The notes beneath the pieces were generated by a model that did not search any database, was not told where the DNA came from, and saw nothing but the letters and a program-made list of their open reading frames with translations. A program made the position numbers and the translations under genes. Positions 57,086 through 64,000 of a stretch of 64,000 nt of DNA are shown here, one piece after another. The stretch comes from an uncultured Candidatus Binatia bacterium (GTDB taxonomy: Bacteria > Desulfobacterota > Binatia > UBA9968 > JAJDTQ01). The stretch's first letter is position 1, and each line of letters starts with the position of its first letter. The DNA is taken from the NCBI GenBank assembly GCA_965242525.1, contig OZ251459.1:1568001-1632000 (forward strand), read 5' to 3'.

Positions 57086-57844
57086 TCAGGAGCGGAGGCG
57101 CGCCCGGCTTCCGCGCGCGCCGTACTTGGCCACGAGGGGGAACAGGTCGTAAACGATCCTGGCCTGGGGGCAGTGGCGCCGCACCTCCGGTTCGTAGGCG
57201 CTGTTCATGTCCATGGCCACCGCCTCGATGGCCTTGCAGCCGTCGGCGCCCAGGCTCTCGAAGAACGGCCGCACGTCTTCGCGGCTGCGCCCCTTGCCCA
57301 CCCACAACACGCGCCGGGTCACCGCATCGGTAATCACCGTGGCCAGCTTCTGCACGGTTTGCAGCGCGAACTCGTCCATCACCAGCCGGGTCACCCCGCG
57401 CAAGTCCATGGGCCCCACCGCGCGCTGCAGGTACCCCCTGTCCAAGTCCCTCACCGCGTCCCACCCCAGCCGGTAGTGCTGCGCCACCTGCTTGATGGTC
57501 ATCACCGTGCACAAATGCGCCACGTTGTCGGCCAGCCGTTGCGTCACCCGCGCATAGCGGGCCAGCCAGCTCAACCGTTCCAGCTTGGGACCGCACCGCG
57601 GACACGCCAGCCGCCGACGCCGCAGCACCAGGGTCGTGGGCGCGTCGAAGATGGGCAGGTCGCGCACCCGACGCCGCTCGTACCCGTGGACGGCCGCCAC
57701 TTCCCGGCCGCAGCCGACGCAGACCCCGGGCCGTCCCGCCACCGGGTCGAGGTCGATCTCGACCATGCCGCGGTTGCGCCTGGCCGCCACCGCTTCGTAG
57801 CCTTCCCAGTCTCCGAGAACTTCGTCGATTCCGATCTTCGCCAA
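57086..57844 (-). pseudogene. Truncated ISL3-family transposase
   Basis: Zn-finger C..C...RRVRDLP...RRRLACPRC, MDEFAL, VAMDMNSAYE, IVYDLF. Ends after about 250 aa, lacking the C-terminal part. Confidence 0.85.
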
Positions 57845-57931
57845 GCCGTCTCCTCCCGTGGTCCGTGGCCGCCGTCCGACCCTTCCCGGTCTGGCCGCCC
57901 CTTGCCAGTCTAGCGGCCCTTCCGCGGCCCA

Positions 57932-60900
57932 TCAACCCGCGGACGGCAGCGGGAGCGAGCCGCCTTCCGCGGGGGGCGGCGCCGCGTCCCCGGCGGGAGG
58001 GGCCGCGGCCACTTTCTCCGTCAGTCCGAGGTCGTCGAGGATGGCGTACAGCGCCGGCACCAGGAACAGGATCTGGAAGGTGGACGCGGCGAGGCCGAAG
58101 GCGAGGCTCGCCACCAGGGGCACGAGGACCTGGGCCTGGAGGCTCGTCTCCATGAGCAGGGGCAGCACCCCCGCCACCGTGGTGAGCGAAGTGAGCAGGA
58201 TCGCGCGAAAGCGCTGCCGGGCCGCCCGGCGCGCGCCCTGGGCCGCGGACTCCCCGCGGCGCCGGTGGAGCTTGATGAACGCCACCAGCACGATGGCGTT
58301 GTTGACCACCACCCCGGCCAGGGAGACGAACCCCACGACGCTGGGCATGGAAAGCTCCAGGCCCATGGCAAGGTGGCCCGCCACCACCCCCACCAGGCCC
58401 ACGGGGATGGAAGCCATCACCACCAGGGGCTCCACGTAGCTGCGGAACTGGAAGCTCAGCAACAGGTAGATGGCGGCGAGACCCACCAGGAAGTTCCGCG
58501 CCAGCGAGGCCCCGAGGGTGGACCCCTCCCTGGCCGAGCCGCCGAACTCCACGGTGACCTCCGGGTACCGGGCCGCCAACTCGGGCAGCAGCCGGGCTTG
58601 GGTGTCGGCGACCACCTCGCTGGCGTTGGCCACCTGCGGGTCCAGGTTGCCCTCCACCCGCACCGCCCGGCGCCCGTCGATGCGGCGGATGCGCGCATAG
58701 CCGCGGCCCGGCTCCAGGACCGCCACCGCGTGGAGGGGCGCCTGCCCGCCGTCCGGGAGGGTGATCGTGAACTGGGTCAGGTCGGCCAGGCTGTCCCGGT
58801 CCGGTCCGGTGAGGCGGACGTTGACCTCGTAGTCTTCCGGACCCACCTGCATGGTTCCCGCGTTGCGGCCGTGGAAGGCCGCCCGCAGTTGCCGCGCCAC
58901 CGTGGCCGCGTCGAGCCCCAGGGCCAGCGCGCCCTCGCGCAGGCGCAGACGCATCTCCGGCTTGCCCGGACGCAGGTCGTCGGTCAGGTCGAACACGCCG
59001 CGGTAGTTGCCGAGCCACTGGCGGATCTCGGTGGACGCGGCCTTGAGCTTTTCCAGCTCGCCGCCCGCCAAGCGGACGCTGATGGCCTTTCCGCCGGGGC
59101 CCACCTGGTCCTGGGTGAAGTTCAGCGAGACCACGTCCGGGAGGTCCCCCACCTCCGTCCGCCACCGGCCCACTACGTCGTCCAGCAACACGCGGCGGGC
59201 CTCGGAGTCGATCAGGTCCACGACCACGGTGGCCACATGGGCGCCGGACTCGCCGGCGTCCGGGTTCCGGTTGAACTGGACCACGACGTTCCGCACCAGC
59301 CTCCGGCCGTCGGCCCGGCCCGCGGACAACTCATCATCTACTTTCCGGACCGCCTCCACCACATGCCCGACCACCGCCTCGGTGCGCGCCAGGGGCGTCC
59401 CCGGGGGCAACAGCAACCGGGCCTCCATCGTGTTGCCCTCGAGGGTGGGGAAGACCCGGAACTTGAGCATGCCCGCGGCCAGCGTGGACGCGGCCACGAA
59501 GAACAGGGCCGCGATGACCGCGCACGCGAGGTAGCGCGACTGGACCGCGGCATCCACGCACCGCCCCACGCATGCTTCGGTGAAACGCCCCAGGCCCGCG
59601 TCGAACCGCGCCCGGAGTCCCCGGGCCGCCGAACCCTCGCGGGCGCGCAGGGTCCCCATCAGGTGGTGGGGAAGGATCAGGAACGCCTCCACCAGGCTCA
59701 ACGACAAGGTGAGGATCAGGATCACCGGCAGCACCGCCAGTATGGTCCCGAGGTTCCCCCGGAGGAACGCGAGCGCTCCGAACACCGCGAGGGTGGTGAG
59801 GTACGAGGCGAGCACCCCCGGGGCCACCTCCCGGGCGCCTTCCACCGCGGCCTCCAGGGGAGGGCGTCCCGCGGCGTGGTGGCGCGCGATGTTCTCCGAG
59901 ATCACGATGGCGTCGTCCATCATCAGGCCCACCGCGATCATCAGGCCCACCATGGTGACCATGTCGAAGGAGTAGCCGGTCATGGCCATGGCCGCGATGG
60001 TCCCCATGAAGGCCACCGGCAGCCCCGCGGCCACCCAGAACGAGTAGCGCAGGCCGAAGAACAGCCACATGACCAGGAGCACGAGGCCCAGCCCCTGGAC
60101 TCCGTTGCGCAGCAGCATGGTCAGGCGGTCCCGCACCACCGAGGCCACGTCGCGGGTGACGTCCAGGACCACGCCCGGGGGCGCCCGCTGGCGCTCCTCC
60201 TCGACCCATGCGGTGATGGCGTCGAAGACCTCCAGCAGGTCGTCGCCCTTCCCCTTCTCCACCCCCAGGAAGGCGGTGCGCTGGCCGTTGAAGAAGTCCT
60301 TGGCCTCGTCCTTCTCGAAGCGGTCGGTGACGACCGCGATGTCGCCGAGCCGGACCGCGGCGCCGCTCTCCGACGCCACCACCACCAGGTCTTCGAACTC
60401 CCGGGAGTCCCGGCGTTCGTCGTCGAACCGGACCAGCACCGTGGCGTCCCGGGTCTCCACCGCGCCCGCGGGCAGTTTCAGGCTCTGGGACGCCACCGCG
60501 TTGGCCAGGTCCCGGACGCCGAGCCCGAACTGGCGCAGGGTGGACGCCGGCGCCTCGATGCGGATCTGGCGTTGGGAAAAGCCCTCCACGCTCACCCGGG
60601 CGACTCCGGGAACGCCCAGCAGGCCGCGTTTCATGCGCTCCGCATAGGCCTTCAGGCTCCGGGGATCCATGGGGCCCGCCACCGCGATGGCCGCCACCAA
60701 GTCCGAAGGCTGGCGCAGGCGCACCAGCGGGGTCTCCACGTCGTCGGGAAAGTCGTCGATGGCGGCCACCTGGGTCTTCACGTCGTCGAGGAAGCGGTCG
60801 AGGTCGCCGCCGTCGCGCATCTTCAGGACCGCGGAAGCCAGGCTCTCACGGGCCTCGCAGTCGGTTTCGTCCAGGTCGTCGATGCTGCTGACCGCTTCCT

Positions 60901-61096
60901 CCACACGCTGGCACAGGGCCTCTTCCACCTCCTGGGCCGCTGCGCCCGGGAAGGGGATGCTGACTTGCACCGAGTTCGGGGGGATCTCCGGAAACGTCTG
61001 GCGCTTCACCGCAGGCGCGAACACGAACCCCACCGCCAGAAAGGCGAGCATCAGCAGGTTGGCGGCCGTGGGATGGCCGGCGAAGAAACGGATCAT
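57932..61096 (-). CDS. RND efflux transporter permease (AcrB/AcrD/AcrF family)
   Basis: HPTAANLLM, MDDAIVISEN, VVNNAIVL, RFRAILLTSLTT; start ATG 61096. Confidence 0.94.
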   Translation of the reverse strand: MIRFFAGHPTAANLLMLAFLAVGFVFAPAVKRQTFPEIPPNSVQVSIPFPGAAAQEVEEALCQRVEEAVSSIDDLDETDCEARESLASAVLKMRDGGDLDRFLDDVKTQVAAIDDFPDDVETPLVRLRQPSDLVAAIAVAGPMDPRSLKAYAERMKRGLLGVPGVARVSVEGFSQRQIRIEAPASTLRQFGLGVRDLANAVASQSLKLPAGAVETRDATVLVRFDDERRDSREFEDLVVVASESGAAVRLGDIAVVTDRFEKDEAKDFFNGQRTAFLGVEKGKGDDLLEVFDAITAWVEEERQRAPPGVVLDVTRDVASVVRDRLTMLLRNGVQGLGLVLLVMWLFFGLRYSFWVAAGLPVAFMGTIAAMAMTGYSFDMVTMVGLMIAVGLMMDDAIVISENIARHHAAGRPPLEAAVEGAREVAPGVLASYLTTLAVFGALAFLRGNLGTILAVLPVILILTLSLSLVEAFLILPHHLMGTLRAREGSAARGLRARFDAGLGRFTEACVGRCVDAAVQSRYLACAVIAALFFVAASTLAAGMLKFRVFPTLEGNTMEARLLLPPGTPLARTEAVVGHVVEAVRKVDDELSAGRADGRRLVRNVVVQFNRNPDAGESGAHVATVVVDLIDSEARRVLLDDVVGRWRTEVGDLPDVVSLNFTQDQVGPGGKAISVRLAGGELEKLKAASTEIRQWLGNYRGVFDLTDDLRPGKPEMRLRLREGALALGLDAATVARQLRAAFHGRNAGTMQVGPEDYEVNVRLTGPDRDSLADLTQFTITLPDGGQAPLHAVAVLEPGRGYARIRRIDGRRAVRVEGNLDPQVANASEVVADTQARLLPELAARYPEVTVEFGGSAREGSTLGASLARNFLVGLAAIYLLLSFQFRSYVEPLVVMASIPVGLVGVVAGHLAMGLELSMPSVVGFVSLAGVVVNNAIVLVAFIKLHRRRGESAAQGARRAARQRFRAILLTSLTTVAGVLPLLMETSLQAQVLVPLVASLAFGLAASTFQILFLVPALYAILDDLGLTEKVAAAPPAGDAAPPPAEGGSLPLPSAG

Positions 61097-61103
61097 CGGA
61101 GGT

Positions 61104-62465
61104 TCACCGGACCGGGGTCGCCCCCACCGCCTCGGCCACGAGGCTCTCCGCGGCGTCCCGGTCCACCACCGGACGCACCCGCATGCCCTCCACCGCGAAC
61201 GGCAGGTCCGAGACCACCACGCGTTCCCCGGGCGCAACCCCCGACCGGACCACCACGAAATTGCTCTGGGCGAACTGCGTCTCCACCTCGCGCCCGTTCA
61301 GGCGGTCGTCGGGGCCGGCCACGTAAACCCGTTTGCCGTCCAGGGCGGCGCGCGGGACCACCACCGCCCTGGGCCGGGGCGGCCCCCGCAGCTCCACTTC
61401 CACGTACATGTTCTTGACCAGGGGCGGTCTCCCGCCCGACTCCGCCTGCCGGTAGGGATGGTCCACCGCCACGATGACCCCGACCGTGCGGGTGCGCGGG
61501 TCCACCGTGTCGCTCATCCGAAGGAAGCGGGCGGGCCACTCCACCGCCACGTCTCCGGTGCGCAGACGCACCACCGCCTCGACGTCCGTGACGCCGCGCA
61601 GCCGCGGCATGGCCGCGCCCGGTCCCGCGGGAGTCCCGACCTCCGGGGGCAGCAGCGTCAGCATCTTGTCCATGGGCGCCTGGGCGATGACTTCGGCCGC
61701 GTCGAGGCCGTCCGCCTCCACCAGGACCTGGCCCCTGGCGGCGAACTGGGAGAGCTCCACGTGGACCGCGGCGATCCGGCAGGTGAAGGGAGCGACGATG
61801 CTGGTGCGGGCCAAGTCCCGCCGCGCCGTCTCCAACTGGGCCTTGAGCCGGTCCCGCGCGGCTTCCTGCACCGAGCGCTCCGCGGGGAGCAGCCTCATGG
61901 CGTTGCGCAGGTTCTGCAGCGCCTGCTCACCGGCGAGCACCGAACGCTCTTCCTGCTCCACCTCCGACTGGGAGATGGCGCCCCGGCGCAGCAGCTCCCG
62001 CTTGCGCTCCAGTTGCTTGCGGCCCAGGTCCAGGCGCCGCTCTTCGATGGCCAGGGACCCTTCCGTGTTGCGCGCCCTCACGTCCAGCACCCGGACCTGG
62101 GCCTCCACCGAGCGGATGTTGGCCTCGATCTGGGCCACCGACAGGCGGTAGTCGGCCGGGTCGATGCGCAACAGCTCCGTCCCTTTCCGGAGGATGGCGC
62201 CTTTCCGGAGCTCCGGGTGCCGATACACGACGGCGCCGCCCACCTGCCCCACCGCCTCCCAGACCCTGCCGGGCTTGACGTTGCCGTAGCCCAGGACCCG
62301 GGGCACCACGTCCACCGCGGGCGCCTCCACCACGCGCACCGGAGTGACCCGTTCTTCCAGCGGGACGCGCTTGGGGGCCTCCCGCGGCTTCATCAGGATC
62401 AGGGCCGCCAACCCGCCCAGGGTGACGAGCAGCAGGACGAGGATCTTCCTTGCGTGTCGGAGCAT
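61104..62465 (-). CDS. RND efflux periplasmic adaptor (membrane fusion protein)
   Basis: N-terminal TM, lipoyl halves, coiled coil, DPRTRTV, VVPRAAL. Confidence 0.92.
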   Translation of the reverse strand: MLRHARKILVLLLVTLGGLAALILMKPREAPKRVPLEERVTPVRVVEAPAVDVVPRVLGYGNVKPGRVWEAVGQVGGAVVYRHPELRKGAILRKGTELLRIDPADYRLSVAQIEANIRSVEAQVRVLDVRARNTEGSLAIEERRLDLGRKQLERKRELLRRGAISQSEVEQEERSVLAGEQALQNLRNAMRLLPAERSVQEAARDRLKAQLETARRDLARTSIVAPFTCRIAAVHVELSQFAARGQVLVEADGLDAAEVIAQAPMDKMLTLLPPEVGTPAGPGAAMPRLRGVTDVEAVVRLRTGDVAVEWPARFLRMSDTVDPRTRTVGVIVAVDHPYRQAESGGRPPLVKNMYVEVELRGPPRPRAVVVPRAALDGKRVYVAGPDDRLNGREVETQFAQSNFVVVRSGVAPGERVVVSDLPFAVEGMRVRPVVDRDAAESLVAEAVGATPVR

Positions 62466-62650
62466 GGTTCCGTGAAGGAACGGATACTATGCGAAAGAGG
62501 GTGTGGCAAGGAATACCCACCTTTCCAGACGCCCGATCCGACGGGAGGGCCTGCACTCCGCCGCGGAGAGGGGGCGGCGCAAGCCGTTGCCATGAGCCGC
62601 GTTTGGCGGTACAGATGTTCCTTGATGACCCCTCCCGGAAAGGACGAGCC

Positions 62651-62875
62651 ATGCCGGACACTGTGCTGATCTTCGGCCACGACCTCTGACCCTATACTTC
62701 GAGTGCCCGGAGGGACTACTCGGACCGAAACGTCCCCGTCGAGTACGTCAACGTGCTGGACGACGAGGACGGCCTGCAGCGCATGCTGGAGCTGAACCCC
62801 GGCAGCCGCGAGATCCCGGTGGTGGTCGAGGGAGGCAGGGTCACCGTGGGCTTCGGCGGGAGTTGAACGGTGTAG
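62651..62875 (+). CDS. UXX-star family glutaredoxin-like selenoprotein with two in-frame UGA (Sec) codons
   Basis: Readthrough gives MPDTVLIFGHDL-U-PYTSSAREDY...SREIPVVVEGGRVTVGFGGS-U-TV-stop. UGA at 62687 occupies the redox UPYT position and UGA at 62864 gives the U-x-x-stop ending. AAGGA RBS; hairpins follow both UGAs. Confidence 0.85.
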
Positions 62876-62949
62876 CGGCCGAGGTCCTCGGCCCGACCCC
62901 CCCTTCCCCGTCGAACGTCCCCGTCGGACGAACCATTGCGGAGGACGCC

Positions 62950-63912
62950 ATGATCAAGCACGTGGTCCTCGTGAAGCTCAAGGCAGACGCGTCCCGGGAG
63001 CAGATCGACCGGATGCTGGAAGGCTACGACTCCATGAAGGACGCCATACCGGACCTGCTGGGCTGGTCCATGGGACCCAACCGGCGGCGGGACGGGGAGT
63101 TCGACTACGCCATGGTGGCGGTGGTGGAGGACGAGGAGAGCCTCCGGCGCTACGTGGAACACCCTCTCCACCGGCAGGTGGCCCGGGATCTCGGGCGGCC
63201 CATATTCGAGAAGCGGGAGATCGCCGACTACGAGTTCGACCCCGAAGCCGAGCTGTGGGAGCCCCAGGTGCAGGAGGTGTGGACCGAGCTCGCGGACATG
63301 GTGCGGCCCGAGCACACCGCGCTGGTGGTGGTGGACGTGCAGAACGACTTCTGCGCCCCCGGGGGCGCGCGCATGAAGGGCGACCTGAGCTTCGTGGAGG
63401 CCATGCGCGAACCCCTGCGGCAGATGGTGGAAGCGGCCCGGGCCGCGGGGACGCCGGTGGTCTATACCCAGACCTCCAACGACGAGGAGCACGACAACGG
63501 ACCCATCCTCGCCCGGCGCGCCCGGGTGGGGCTGGCCAACGCCAAGTACACGGTGCCGGGCACACCGGGTTGGGACGTCTGCGATTTCGTAGCCCCGGCA
63601 CCGGGGGACGTCACCATCAAGAAGTGGCACCACAGCGGCTTCACCAACCCCAAGATGGACGCCGCCCTGGGACGCCTGGGGGTCAAGACCCTGCTGTTCA
63701 CCGGCGCCGCCACCAACGGGTGCGTCGAGGCCACGGTCCGGGACGCTTTCGCACGGGGCTACTACAACGTGGTGCTGGAGGACTGCGTGGCGGCTTACGA
63801 CGCGGACTTGCAGCGCTACTCGCTCAAGAACATGGCCACCCACTTCGCCCTGGTCAGCACAAGCCGCGAGGTCCAGCGCGCGTGGGCGGAACGGGGAACG
63901 CTGGCGGGATAG
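62950..63912 (+). CDS. Dabb (stress-responsive A/B barrel) domain fused to an isochorismatase-family cysteine hydrolase
   Basis: MIKHVVLVKLK...Y..HP.H (Dabb), then TALVVVDVQNDFC, K..HSGF, TGAATNGCVEATVRDA; GGAGG RBS. Confidence 0.88.
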   Translation: MIKHVVLVKLKADASREQIDRMLEGYDSMKDAIPDLLGWSMGPNRRRDGEFDYAMVAVVEDEESLRRYVEHPLHRQVARDLGRPIFEKREIADYEFDPEAELWEPQVQEVWTELADMVRPEHTALVVVDVQNDFCAPGGARMKGDLSFVEAMREPLRQMVEAARAAGTPVVYTQTSNDEEHDNGPILARRARVGLANAKYTVPGTPGWDVCDFVAPAPGDVTIKKWHHSGFTNPKMDAALGRLGVKTLLFTGAATNGCVEATVRDAFARGYYNVVLEDCVAAYDADLQRYSLKNMATHFALVSTSREVQRAWAERGTLAG

Positions 63913-63974
63913 CGCGGACGGGTCCGGGACCGCCCGCGCAGGGAACCGGAAGGCCGGAACACACGGAGGACGCC

Positions 63975-64000
63975 ATGGCCACAGCCGCAGCCGAGAACCT
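63975..64000 (+). CDS. Start of a gene running off the window (MATAAAEN...)
   Basis: GGAGG RBS followed by ATG at 63975. Confidence 0.45.

Noticed and set aside
62863-62949. N-terminal extension of the Dabb-isochorismatase ORF
   Set aside because: It overlaps the selenoprotein end and candidate SECIS; a strong GGAGG RBS supports ATG 62950.

Overview
High-GC bacterial chromosomal window. Gene content and intergenic repeats suggest a Deltaproteobacteria/Binatia-like organism, but that is inference only. From left to right it contains: the glycine-cleavage/folD cluster (gcvP partial, gcvH, gcvT, folD); an ald-DHH-cupin-lipoprotein-TPR-like operon; a Sel1-repeat gene next to an unusual (Gly-Cys)n protein; RidA, crotonase, aldehyde dehydrogenase and an MsbA-like ABC exporter; an ~11.5 kb restriction-modification island (PLD-SNF2 helicase, type IIG/Eco57I-like R-M, Vsr disrupted by IS630, GHKL-ATPase/nuclease, C5-MTase); thrC; an orphan EutA-like/cupin/GlcG set; a HipA-like kinase-HIRAN pair; an MscK-like channel; and an FMN alpha-hydroxy-acid oxidase with an NMT1-type ABC importer. 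The main discovery candidate is a ~13 kb NHLP (proteusin-leader) RiPP cluster at 43.9-57.1 kb. It has four precursors whose divergent Cys-free cores all end in Asp-Trp, a C39 peptidase/ABC/HlyD exporter, a putative stand-alone ABBA-like prenyltransferase, a stand-alone squalene-hopene-cyclase-like protein and a JmjC oxygenase. Three of its promoters share a conserved box. This suggests Trp-prenylated and possibly terpene-cyclised peptides. The right end holds an ISL3 remnant, an RND pump, a glutaredoxin-like UXX-star selenoprotein with two in-frame UGA codons that the ORF track misses, and a Dabb-isochorismatase fusion. No rRNA, tRNA or CRISPR array was seen. All protein calls are from motif recognition by eye; no database searches were run.
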